This document shows, one piece after another, positions 48,137 to 57,587 of a stretch of DNA of 64,000 nucleotides (its first letter is position 1; each line of letters begins with the position of its first letter). A program made the position numbers and the translations under genes. The DNA lies in the IMG/VR virus record IMGVR_UViG_3300042914_002848; one strand, given 5' to 3'. The DNA comes from a virus (lineage: Duplodnaviria > Heunggongvirae > Uroviricota > Caudoviricetes). The notes below the pieces were generated by a model, which saw only the letters and a list, made by a program, of their open reading frames with translations, ran no database searches and was not told the origin of the DNA.

Positions 48137-49072
48137 TTAAAGTAATTTTGATATTAAATACGATGCTTTATCAATTAACAACCGATTGTATGGGCTGGAT
48201 GTTATTATTGGTAATGCGTTTACAATATCCATTTTTGATTTTATATACATCTTTGATTTAGGGTCATTTTCAAACTTTTTAGCACCCCAAAGGTGATATA
48301 TTGATTGATTCAATAGTTTATGAGCATCTTCTGATTCGGAATCTAAATCAAATGTATAAAAAGATTGATTGGTATAAACTACAGGCACCAATGCTTTTGT
48401 TTTAATTTTTTTTAATTGTTTTGAAAGTGCTGCCAAAAACCATTGCTCCATTATTATTTGCGGCGATGAGTCAGCATACAATAACTCTTTTTCTTTTGTC
48501 ATATTTTTTACTTCACCACTTGCCCCCAATACAAATTCAAAGTATTGAGTTACATATTCTGTCTTAAATTTTTCATCGAACATTCCAACAACAGCACAAT
48601 TCATTGGAAAAGAATCTTTAAAAGAAATTATTCGTTTTTTATCCCATTTCCAATTATCTGAATGTTCTATATCCAATGGATTACCATATGTGGTTGGTGA
48701 TTCTCTATGAAGATATAATAAATCACATCCAACCGATTCTTTCTTTAAATTTTTATACAAAACCAAATCAGTATCATAGACAACAAATGGAGTTTTTAAT
48801 TTTGACATTGCCCATATTTTTGGAGATGCCCAAAAGTTGGGTGATACTTTATCGTATGGATAATCATCAAAATAATCAGTAATAACCCCATCGTAAAGTG
48901 GAGTTATATTCCAACTATCGTAAAATTCTTTTGATTTTTTATCGGTTATTAAATAAAGTGGTGTATCAGCATTATGAGTTTTGTGAACAATACACGAATA
49001 CATCTGAACTAATAACTCAAAAGAGCCGGGCGGTCTATTTTCATTAACCAAAAAGACATGGTATGAATTCAT
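48137..49072 (-). CDS. GT-A fold glycosyltransferase-like protein
   Basis: WASPKIWAM...PFVVYDTDL (DxD), NCAVVG, EQWFL, YHLWG. Confidence 0.6.
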   Translation of the reverse strand: MNSYHVFLVNENRPPGSFELLVQMYSCIVHKTHNADTPLYLITDKKSKEFYDSWNITPLYDGVITDYFDDYPYDKVSPNFWASPKIWAMSKLKTPFVVYDTDLVLYKNLKKESVGCDLLYLHRESPTTYGNPLDIEHSDNWKWDKKRIISFKDSFPMNCAVVGMFDEKFKTEYVTQYFEFVLGASGEVKNMTKEKELLYADSSPQIIMEQWFLAALSKQLKKIKTKALVPVVYTNQSFYTFDLDSESEDAHKLLNQSIYHLWGAKKFENDPKSKMYIKSKMDIVNALPIITSSPYNRLLIDKASYLISKLL

Positions 49073-49109
49073 CGTAACTTATTTATAATAAATATAGAAT
49101 TGATATCTA

Positions 49110-49379
49110 TTAATTCAATAATTTGATATTTACTTCAAGTGGCGTATTTCCACGTATGATTCTATGATAAGTTTCTTTTTTAATTTTAAATTTATCACCA
49201 GGCTTTAATTCAATTGGTAGTTGATTATCAGATTGAAACATCCACCCATTACCACTTACAACTTCTACTAACCTATCTTCCCTATCTCTATGCCACACCA
49301 ATTCTGAATTATCTACATTTGGTTTAAATACCCTACGAAGATTATTTTGTGACCTGACTTCAGAATAAGGTCTTTTCAT
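49110..49379 (-). CDS. Small cupin-like protein
   Basis: LVWHRDREDR...WMFQSDN...IKKETYHRII. Confidence 0.55.
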   Translation of the reverse strand: MKRPYSEVRSQNNLRRVFKPNVDNSELVWHRDREDRLVEVVSGNGWMFQSDNQLPIELKPGDKFKIKKETYHRIIRGNTPLEVNIKLLN

Positions 49380-49380
49380 A

Positions 49381-50835
49381 TTACCAATATGAGTTTATAT
49401 CCTCACCACCACCGATTTTAGACCAATGACGGGGTAGGTTGCAAGACCAATAACCTGGCGATGTTTTATCGGTTTTTTCAGGACAGTTATGTCTATCTGA
49501 AAACGCTTTCCTTGCCTCTGGGTCATTTATTTTCGCAGTTAATCCACCCTTTACATCCCCAAAGGTTACTTTTCTGATGTTATCACTTGATGGGTCTTTT
49601 ACATATACCACATACTTTTTACCTTCATCTGGATTTCTTTTTGGTGAATTTAATTCTACTTCCCTTTCCTGATACTCTGCTTCAGCCAACATTGGGAAAT
49701 CTAATAAAACTTTCTTACCCTCATACACTGCAACCTTACCCAAATCAGAATCTAAAAACCATTCATCACTTTCGTTCATCGGCATGAACTGACCTTTTCT
49801 CCACAAGTTCCTACACTCATTTACTAACTTAAAAAATTTGGGAGAACCATATCTAAACACATTTTCAGAAAGTGGTTTTTTATTTTTCAAATGCCATTCC
49901 AACCCTTCACTAATTCTTTTCTTACTCTCACCCAAAGGATTACCATTTACATTCAACTCACCATTCAAATAATGTTTTGCATTTACCATCAACTCTTTTG
50001 CACGAACAATATCAGATTGCCACCAATGAGGAAAATCAATCTCTTCATCGGATTTATCAAATTGATTTAACATTTCATAAAGTTCTTTTGCGTATTTTGC
50101 AATACGAAACAAATCAGCTTTTAACATATTAGGTTCATCATCCTGGTGCCCTACATCAATATCTTCAGTTAAACTTTTTAACTTTTTTAATTTAGTTGTT
50201 AAATCGGCCATATTTTTTAAATGGGCCTTTTGTGCGGCAGTTCTTTTATTTTGAGGTATCTTACTATAAGCAGCAGTATCTTTAGCATTATCTTTTAATG
50301 TTTTCTGAATACTTAACATTTCCTTTTTTTGTGCTGCTTGTTCTTTACCAGCTTTTTTAACGGATGATGTACCAGGTTCATCATCATCATCAACTTCGGT
50401 TATTACAGGATATTTTTTTCCGTTGAATTCAAACTCTTTTAATCCTTCTTTTCTTGCATTATAAAGCGCTCCAGTGAATGCATTACCTTCATTTATATTA
50501 TCTTGTGCAAGAATTTGAATATCTTTTATATCACCCACAAATGGGCCTTGAAGGGTTCTGATGGTTACTTTATTACCCTGAATTTTTAGAACCATCCCAG
50601 TTTTATTTTTTGATTTAAAGTGAACAAAATCACCAACTTCAAATCCTAAATTTTGTTTGGCTTCATCTACAGATTCTTCGGTTTTCCAACCACCACCTGC
50701 TGCTTTATATTGTTTTGCAGCCCAACCGTTGGCGTAGGCACTTGGGTAAACGTCAAACTTTTTCTTTGCTTGAGATTTATAATAAGACCATTTTGCTGGG
50801 TCTGTTGGAACATTCTTTTCTACTATTAATTTCAT
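49381..50835 (-). CDS. Modular probable internal virion protein
   Basis: Several small domains (YPSAYANGW; KOW-like; EGNAF; HQDDEP; RHNC..GYWSC) separated by VDE/INE/ITE/LTE/LAE linkers. Confidence 0.6.
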   Translation of the reverse strand: MKLIVEKNVPTDPAKWSYYKSQAKKKFDVYPSAYANGWAAKQYKAAGGGWKTEESVDEAKQNLGFEVGDFVHFKSKNKTGMVLKIQGNKVTIRTLQGPFVGDIKDIQILAQDNINEGNAFTGALYNARKEGLKEFEFNGKKYPVITEVDDDDEPGTSSVKKAGKEQAAQKKEMLSIQKTLKDNAKDTAAYSKIPQNKRTAAQKAHLKNMADLTTKLKKLKSLTEDIDVGHQDDEPNMLKADLFRIAKYAKELYEMLNQFDKSDEEIDFPHWWQSDIVRAKELMVNAKHYLNGELNVNGNPLGESKKRISEGLEWHLKNKKPLSENVFRYGSPKFFKLVNECRNLWRKGQFMPMNESDEWFLDSDLGKVAVYEGKKVLLDFPMLAEAEYQEREVELNSPKRNPDEGKKYVVYVKDPSSDNIRKVTFGDVKGGLTAKINDPEARKAFSDRHNCPEKTDKTSPGYWSCNLPRHWSKIGGGEDINSYW

Positions 50836-50848
50836 TTCTTACCTCAAA

Positions 50849-51367
50849 TTATGGAACATATTTTGGAATATTCATCTTAACAAATTGTTCAAAATCCTTT
50901 GGGTCCGGTCCATTTGCACGAATTTCAAATCCTGTAAGGTTTTTGTTTCCTAAAATTAAATAACCTTTTGATGTTTCCCAATTTTCAGGTTTATCATCAT
51001 CCATATTATCAAATTGATTTGGTAGATAGGTAACTAACACATTAAATATAACATGATGTCCACCAACAATCGAACTCATTGTTGGTTTAACTGGGGTGTT
51101 CCCAACTCTGAATTTTCTAATCATTATCCCGTATCCTTTGCCGGGATTTTCGTATCTTCTAAACCAATTATCGGTTTCTAAACGATATATTGCGGTGTTG
51201 CTTGTAACTTTTCTCATCAGGATTAACCTAACAGCTGTATCGTTATAAGAATCTCCTGGCTTATTTCTTAACTCTTTAACTGTAATATCAGTTGAATAAA
51301 CCCCTTCGTTGGTTAATTCGGATTTTACAGCTTTATTAATTAACTGCTTTAATTCGTTTAGTTTCAT
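50849..51367 (-). CDS. Hypothetical protein with MK..LK.LI...LTNE leader
   Basis: 172-aa ORF, AAGGA SD. Confidence 0.6.
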   Translation of the reverse strand: MKLNELKQLINKAVKSELTNEGVYSTDITVKELRNKPGDSYNDTAVRLILMRKVTSNTAIYRLETDNWFRRYENPGKGYGIMIRKFRVGNTPVKPTMSSIVGGHHVIFNVLVTYLPNQFDNMDDDKPENWETSKGYLILGNKNLTGFEIRANGPDPKDFEQFVKMNIPKYVP

Positions 51368-51393
51368 TGTTTGATTCCTTTTTGATTTACATT

Positions 51394-51645
51394 TTAATAG
51401 TGTTTATCATCGTATCCGCCTAGCATTCTTGCCTCATGAATAATATCAGCAACTAGACTACCCAAGTTCTTCCAATCCCAATTTATATTTTTTTGCTTAC
51501 CAATTTTCATTAAGTAAGTTTCTAAGTTAGCAACCGAATCTTTAAGATCTTTTTCATTTATGTGTGTTGTGGTTACAAGTGGCCCTTCATTTAAAGCCTT
51601 TTTGGCTTCCTCTCTGATTAACTTTCTTAGTTGTGATACTTTCAT
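51394..51645 (-). CDS. Hypothetical protein with MK..LRKLI...LNE leader
   Basis: 83-aa ORF; late motif at 51675. Confidence 0.6.
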   Translation of the reverse strand: MKVSQLRKLIREEAKKALNEGPLVTTTHINEKDLKDSVANLETYLMKIGKQKNINWDWKNLGSLVADIIHEARMLGGYDDKHY

Positions 51646-51674
51646 TGTTTGTTTCCTTTTTGTGATTTATATTA

Positions 51675-51682
51675 TATAAATA
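51675..51682 (-). promoter_or_regulatory. Putative late promoter TATTTATA
   Basis: Exact intergenic copy. Confidence 0.55.
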
Positions 51683-51712
51683 TAGTGTTTGTTTATTTCC
51701 AATATCGATGTA

Positions 51713-52063
51713 CTAAGCACCAGTCTTAACAAAAACCGGCTTTTGACCTTTTGATTGTTCACCACCCTTTTTAGCATCTCCAGCTTTCTTTTGGGCTGCT
51801 CTTTTCCTTTTTACAAATGATGCTCTTCCTTCAGGCCCTAACTTATTAGCCTTTTCTTTAGAAAGACATGCTGAATAAGATTCTCCCTCTTCAGCATCAC
51901 CACACTTTCCCAATTTTTCACCTGTAGTTGAATATCTATCCCAACCACCGCCTGTGGTTGAACCGGTCTTACCCTTACCAAACCACCCTCTTAAATCTTC
52001 GTTGATAATCTCTCTTACCACACTTCGGATTAATTCTCTAAGCTGTTGTTGTTTGTTCTTCAA
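51713..52063 (-). CDS. Basic hypothetical protein
   Basis: Probable TTG start (MKNKQQQLRELIRSVVREIINE) gives the shared leader, then DLRGWF...KCG...ACL. Confidence 0.55.
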   Translation of the reverse strand: MKNKQQQLRELIRSVVREIINEDLRGWFGKGKTGSTTGGGWDRYSTTGEKLGKCGDAEEGESYSACLSKEKANKLGPEGRASFVKRKRAAQKKAGDAKKGGEQSKGQKPVFVKTGA

Positions 52064-52646
52064 GTTCTTGCTCCAATTTTTGGATATAATCTTTACGCAA
52101 CTTTTCAAAATCAGAATCTACTTTTGATAAAAGTTCATCCATATTAAACCCATTCCATTCTTCAACCGAACCATTCTCGTTGATGAACTTCATTTTTAAC
52201 GCAACTTTAAGGGCTTCTTTTTCAAATTCAGCCTGCTTTAACCATGCTTTCGCATTCTCAAGCATTTTCTTTTTTTCATATCTATCATACTCCCCACTCA
52301 TTCGTAATTTTGATTCCATACTTAATACACAATCAAAACACATCCCGTGAAAAGCACGCATTTTTTCATCCAACCTTTTTGGGTTTTTACAGTCGCAAGT
52401 TTCCTTCACACAATTAGGGAACTTTTTCAAGTCCTGCCTAAGTTGGTGAAGCTTACCGAGTTTTACTTTATACCCAGCTTTCTGCTCCCACATATCCCCA
52501 TTTTCATCCTGCCATTGTTCACCGATTTCTCTGCGAACATAAGTAGGATTTTCTTCAAAACCAATGGTTGTTCGTGTTTGGGTTTTATGTGTACCCGCCA
52601 ACATTTCAGTAACCGCTTTTGTGTTTTTTAATTTACTACTTTTCAT
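52038..52646 (-). CDS. Hypothetical protein with putative Zn-binding Cys cluster
   Basis: CVKETCDC...MCFDC; late motif at 52659. Confidence 0.6.
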   Translation of the reverse strand: MKSSKLKNTKAVTEMLAGTHKTQTRTTIGFEENPTYVRREIGEQWQDENGDMWEQKAGYKVKLGKLHQLRQDLKKFPNCVKETCDCKNPKRLDEKMRAFHGMCFDCVLSMESKLRMSGEYDRYEKKKMLENAKAWLKQAEFEKEALKVALKMKFINENGSVEEWNGFNMDELLSKVDSDFEKLRKDYIQKLEQELEEQTTTA

Positions 52647-52658
52647 AACTTATTTTAA

Positions 52659-52666
52659 TATAAATA
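52659..52666 (-). promoter_or_regulatory. Putative late promoter TATTTATA
   Basis: Exact intergenic copy. Confidence 0.55.
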
Positions 52667-52672
52667 TCTAAA

Positions 52673-55078
52673 TCAATAGAATAAACCCAATATCTGATTT
52701 AATGGTGCGAAACTTCCAGTTAATTTTAAAGTCATACCCTTAAATACAAAAACGATTCCCTCATTGGGAACAATTTTATCAACACCACCCAATGCAGCCA
52801 TTCTCTCAAGCTCTAATTGTAATTTCTTTATCTTTTTTTCATCCCCACCGGCTTTAACATCTTTAATGGTTTGGTCCAATCGTTGCTTCATATTACGAAC
52901 TGCTTCATCAGGATTTGCAGTCAGTACTGAACTCATAAGCGATAACACTTCCGCACCTACGCCCAAGAATATATCTTCAAATGGGCGGATATTATCCTTT
53001 GATATTTTTTGATGGTCGTTTTTATCTACACCCATCGCCCAATCTAATACTTTTTGGGATTTGATGTTATTTTTATTCAATGTAAAACTTTTATCAAAAA
53101 ATGCCCATCTTTTTATCAAACCTTCTCGTGTTGATTTATCCAATTTTTCAGGAGTATTTTTATCTACATAATCACCCCACCAAGCTTGATGATACTCTGC
53201 CATTCCATCACTATCTTTTAAACCAAATTTAGATTGTAAGTTTTTTAACATACCCAAGTATTTTGGTTGTAATTTTTCTAAATTTACATCTTTTGGTAAT
53301 TGTGTAATTGGTGGTCCTTGTATCTTATACTTTTCTTGTACATCCTGGTTGATTTGTTTAATCATTCCCGCCAATATCTTTGCATCGGATTGTTCTGCTC
53401 CAACAGCTACACCCGATTCATCGTATTCAGTTGTGTTATGAAACACCAAAAGTGCCTGTCCATAAGGTATCACATTTACGGAGGTTGGATAGATAACTTC
53501 CAAATTCATAAACTTTTTACCTTGCGCAAATATCTTATCCCTCTGTGCTTTTGATAACCCCTTTATTGCCACTTCTAAGTCCCTCATAGCAAAGTTGTAA
53601 GCATCGGTTAGTCCACCCCTACCTCCAAACTTTGAAGCAACATCAGCGATTGACATTGCTTTCTCACCCATGTTGGCGAGGTGCCCTTTGTTCCTTGCAG
53701 CAATTAACCCTCTATCATCTCGCCAACTAATAGCAATCGCTTGCCCATCGGTCTTTTCGCGTGTCAATTCTAAATCACCTTTTAAGGCTTTTGTTATTAT
53801 GTTTTTTAAATCACCAAAAGTTAAATCCAATTCCATATCAAATGGGTGATTCATGTGTCCGTATGCCCCTCCGCATAAAAGTAATATACGATTATCTGAT
53901 GTGTGTTGTAAATTATGATCACCCAACAAAAACTTAGAAAACTTTCTACCAATTTTTTCTAATAATCTAAATTGTCTATCGTTAATTCTCTTTACTTTAG
54001 TGTTGGTAGACCACTCAACTATTTCATATCCTAATTTTGCGTAAGCTTCCTGTAACTCTTCATCCTTTACCCCAGTAATATCTACAGTGTTATCAAGTGG
54101 AGCATCAGGCGGCGCTGCATCTAATGGTGAGGTCGCTGTATCAGCCGTTACAAAATCTTCGGTTTCAGGAATATCTAAAAGGTCATCCATTGTGAAAACT
54201 TTTCTAGTGCTACTATATTGATAGAAATCTCCCGTACCTTTTGCGGATTTGCTGACCATTACATCTGCTTTTGGAAAATCTACTTGTACATATCCACCAC
54301 TAACAAACCAATAATCTCTTTTTTGTGCCTGCGACCCTAACCCCAAAACTCTTCGTTTATTGGGAACTACATACATTGCATCAGGTTCACCTGAGTCTGC
54401 TCCGTATCCACCACTTAATGTTGATTCAGTCAGTGCTTTTATATCAAATGTCTTAAAGAAATGTTCCATCAAAGATTCTACCGCTATCAATTTCTTTGTT
54501 ATCAGATTGTATATTTGTGGGTTGAATTTTGGATATGCTTTTTTAAATCCTGCTTTTCTTTTAGATTCATCTCCCACCGATAACCACTTTCTTACATCCG
54601 TTCCACTTATCGCATTTGGTTGTGCGGGTGATGCGTAAACATAGCCATTTTCTTCATACCCAGTAGCAGGTTTGAATCCTGCTCCATTGTGAAACTTTTT
54701 GAAATATTTACCACCCAATCTTGCAGCATCCTTTTCTCCAACCACAGTTACAAATGCGGTTGTTTTTGGTGAGAATCCACTTAATACTTCAGTTGGATTG
54801 TATGGGTTTTTTACTTGAACTACTTTATTTGCTGGGATACCAAACATTGTAGTCATTATTTTTTTCTTCTCTAAAAAGTTAAAAGGGTCTTTCGGCCCAC
54901 CACTTTTGTTGGATGTTCCAATCCAAACATTATTTTCGCCAAACTTTTGAACTAAATGTGAATAAGTTGTGTAATGTCCTTTGTGAAAAGGTTGAAATCT
55001 TCCAGCATATACAACCACTATATCTTTTATTTCTTCGGTTAATACACCTTTAATCCATTCTTTTATTAAATTTCCCAT
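52673..55078 (-). CDS. Fusion of HxGH nucleotidyltransferase (NMNAT/cytidylyltransferase-like) and ligase-like domains
   Basis: N-terminal GRFQPFHKGH and ISGTDVR; C-terminal EKTDG, NLEV, EGIVF, KLTG (covalent nucleotidyltransferase motifs I, III, IV, V). Confidence 0.7.
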   Translation of the reverse strand: MGNLIKEWIKGVLTEEIKDIVVVYAGRFQPFHKGHYTTYSHLVQKFGENNVWIGTSNKSGGPKDPFNFLEKKKIMTTMFGIPANKVVQVKNPYNPTEVLSGFSPKTTAFVTVVGEKDAARLGGKYFKKFHNGAGFKPATGYEENGYVYASPAQPNAISGTDVRKWLSVGDESKRKAGFKKAYPKFNPQIYNLITKKLIAVESLMEHFFKTFDIKALTESTLSGGYGADSGEPDAMYVVPNKRRVLGLGSQAQKRDYWFVSGGYVQVDFPKADVMVSKSAKGTGDFYQYSSTRKVFTMDDLLDIPETEDFVTADTATSPLDAAPPDAPLDNTVDITGVKDEELQEAYAKLGYEIVEWSTNTKVKRINDRQFRLLEKIGRKFSKFLLGDHNLQHTSDNRILLLCGGAYGHMNHPFDMELDLTFGDLKNIITKALKGDLELTREKTDGQAIAISWRDDRGLIAARNKGHLANMGEKAMSIADVASKFGGRGGLTDAYNFAMRDLEVAIKGLSKAQRDKIFAQGKKFMNLEVIYPTSVNVIPYGQALLVFHNTTEYDESGVAVGAEQSDAKILAGMIKQINQDVQEKYKIQGPPITQLPKDVNLEKLQPKYLGMLKNLQSKFGLKDSDGMAEYHQAWWGDYVDKNTPEKLDKSTREGLIKRWAFFDKSFTLNKNNIKSQKVLDWAMGVDKNDHQKISKDNIRPFEDIFLGVGAEVLSLMSSVLTANPDEAVRNMKQRLDQTIKDVKAGGDEKKIKKLQLELERMAALGGVDKIVPNEGIVFVFKGMTLKLTGSFAPLNQILGLFY

Positions 55079-55120
55079 ATAGATAAATATAGAATTTATT
55101 TTTGATTATGTAGTTTTAAT

Positions 55121-55687
55121 TTAGATTACTTTTGTATGTTGTCTTAAACTCCAATATTCTTCTCCGCCATAATAGGTGCATATTTCTTCGCCTTCTTCTA
55201 TATCTCTAATAGATACAAAATTAAATGCTTTCCATTCGGGATGATCTACCCAATCTGCATTTGGTGTATTTGAATGATTATAAATACACCCCAATCCTAA
55301 TGGAATAACAAACTCTGAGCCTGTATTTTTGGGGTACATAAATCTATAATCTTCCAATGTATTAGAATCGGAAGAAACATTTAGTGTTATCAAATGACAA
55401 GTTTCTATTACTTCCCCTTTTAATATTTTTTCAGTAGCAAATACACCTAAACCTTTACCAATAGATTCATACACTCTAACTTTAGTAGGTGGTAAGAAAT
55501 TAGCGGGTGGTAATTTTTTACTAATATTAGAAGGTGTTATTGAATTTACTTTTAACACTACATCTTCTTTTTTTAATAATTTACCATCAGATGCTATTTT
55601 CTGAAATTCATCCATACTTAATTTGATAAGGGGTTTACCACTATCTTTGATTTGTTGTAGGAGTTGGGGTGTGGGTTTAAGAAACAT
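55121..55687 (-). CDS. SET-domain (lysine methyltransferase) protein
   Basis: KGLGVFAT, IYNHSNTPNA, RDIEEGEEICTYYG. Confidence 0.85.
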   Translation of the reverse strand: MFLKPTPQLLQQIKDSGKPLIKLSMDEFQKIASDGKLLKKEDVVLKVNSITPSNISKKLPPANFLPPTKVRVYESIGKGLGVFATEKILKGEVIETCHLITLNVSSDSNTLEDYRFMYPKNTGSEFVIPLGLGCIYNHSNTPNADWVDHPEWKAFNFVSIRDIEEGEEICTYYGGEEYWSLRQHTKVI

Positions 55688-55691
55688 AGTA

Positions 55692-57584
55692 TTATGCAGG
55701 TAAGTAACAAGGAACTAAAACAATAACCCCATCTAATTTTATTTCCATCCAATAATCAGGTTCTGCTAAATAATAAGAATTAGTTGTAATACCGTAACCG
55801 GTTTTGGCGGAGGCTGCTGTAAGAGGTGGAGGATTACTAGTTTGTGTTGCGTCAATATTAATATAGTGCCCTCCACCAGGTTCGGAATGTAAATGTATAG
55901 TATCAGATGGGGTAGCTTGTAATCCAACACGACCGGTAGCATCATCTATTTGGATTTGATTATTTTCTCCTAATGTAGAAGTTCCGGCTGAAATAAAACT
56001 AAATAAAGGGCCGCTAAATGAACCTTGATTGTTGTTGTATAAATTAAGAGAGTGAGAAGCGGCGGCATTCCTTTTAGAAAGGTGCCAATAATTATTTTGA
56101 GTACCACTACCACTAGTTCCTATATTAAAAGCTGCAAATTTATCACCCACAGTAACAATTGATAATTGAGCTTGAGCACTTGTACTACTACCACTATTAA
56201 CAATCTGCAGCCCAGTAGAAGGTGTTAAACCATCTCCTGAGCCGGAGTTTTGGAATATAGTAAATGTTGAAATATTACCACCAAGAAAACCAGCAGATGA
56301 TGTAGTGTTTATTCCAACTCTACCACTACCTGTTACAAATAATATGTTAGCGTTTGTTGGTGAACCTACTCGTAATAAGGTAATATTACTAGCACCACTT
56401 ATATGTAGTTCTGCGGTTGGTGTTGTAGTTCCTATACCCACCTCAGTTGTTGGAGTTATTTTAACATTATTTGTAAATGTAGAGCCATTCCAACTTCTTA
56501 GTAACATACCACCATCCGCACTATCACGATGAATGTTAGGGAATGTAGCGCCACCTGCATTTATACTAACACCAGTGTTTCCATCAACAACTAAATTATG
56601 AACAGGCGTTGCTGTGCCTATACCAACATTACCACTACCTGATACGAATAAAGCAGAAGGTGCGGTGGATGAAGATACTATTAATAATGCTTCATTATTA
56701 GCACCCGATATATGTAATCTTGCGTTTGGGGATGTGGTATTTATACCTATAAGACCTGATGTGTTGTTTATTTGAAATCGCACCGTACTATATGAGACAT
56801 CTTCGATTGTAAAGTTAGAATTAGGAACAACGCCCATTCTCCAACTATAACTGCTACCTCTATTAAATCTAATTGCACTTCCCTGCGATGCATCCCCTAT
56901 CAAATGCACTAACTCATTTGTAGCGGATGTTCCACTTATATGCAATCTTACAGTTGGTGTTGTCGTACCTATACCTACATTACCACTACTACTTACATAA
57001 AGATGTGATGTATTAAATGCAGATGTACCATCATTCAGCATAGTTAGCAATGCTGTTGCTGCGGAATTTTCTACTCTAAGTGCGGTTGTTACAGAGGTTG
57101 CTCCACTACCCCTAATTTCTAATTTTGCCGATGGAGATGTTTCACCAATACCCACAAACCCAGTAGAACCTACCATCCTCATTATTTCAGATGGGGCTGC
57201 AATACCATTTGTGGATGTAAAAAATCTTAAATCATTTGTACCCCCTCCAAAAATATCGGGATAAGCAATTGAATCCATATAAGCAGAGCCTCTAAATCCA
57301 AAACTTGCGCTTTGTAAAAACCCTAACCCATCATTATGATATGTTATGAATGATGTATATGTACCTACAAAATTACCACCTATACCACGACCGGCGCCAA
57401 TGTTTATATTCCCACCTTCTACAGTAAGTGTGGATAGTGGTGATGTAGTACCTATACCGACCCTACCACTACCACTAATAAAAAAAGCCGATGCGGCTGA
57501 AGGTGAAGATACTTGTAACAAACTGGCGTTATTTGAGCCAGTTATTATAGCATTATCTATTATGGTGGGTGAAAATATATCCAT
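55692..57584 (-). CDS. Tail fibre-like protein with repeated VGIGTTxP modules
   Basis: At least six (N/R/F)VGIGT/IGINT repeats with LHISG; no C-terminal peptidase S74 evident. Confidence 0.7.
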   Translation of the reverse strand: MDIFSPTIIDNAIITGSNNASLLQVSSPSAASAFFISGSGRVGIGTTSPLSTLTVEGGNINIGAGRGIGGNFVGTYTSFITYHNDGLGFLQSASFGFRGSAYMDSIAYPDIFGGGTNDLRFFTSTNGIAAPSEIMRMVGSTGFVGIGETSPSAKLEIRGSGATSVTTALRVENSAATALLTMLNDGTSAFNTSHLYVSSSGNVGIGTTTPTVRLHISGTSATNELVHLIGDASQGSAIRFNRGSSYSWRMGVVPNSNFTIEDVSYSTVRFQINNTSGLIGINTTSPNARLHISGANNEALLIVSSSTAPSALFVSGSGNVGIGTATPVHNLVVDGNTGVSINAGGATFPNIHRDSADGGMLLRSWNGSTFTNNVKITPTTEVGIGTTTPTAELHISGASNITLLRVGSPTNANILFVTGSGRVGINTTSSAGFLGGNISTFTIFQNSGSGDGLTPSTGLQIVNSGSSTSAQAQLSIVTVGDKFAAFNIGTSGSGTQNNYWHLSKRNAAASHSLNLYNNNQGSFSGPLFSFISAGTSTLGENNQIQIDDATGRVGLQATPSDTIHLHSEPGGGHYINIDATQTSNPPPLTAASAKTGYGITTNSYYLAEPDYWMEIKLDGVIVLVPCYLPA

Positions 57585-57587
57585 TTA

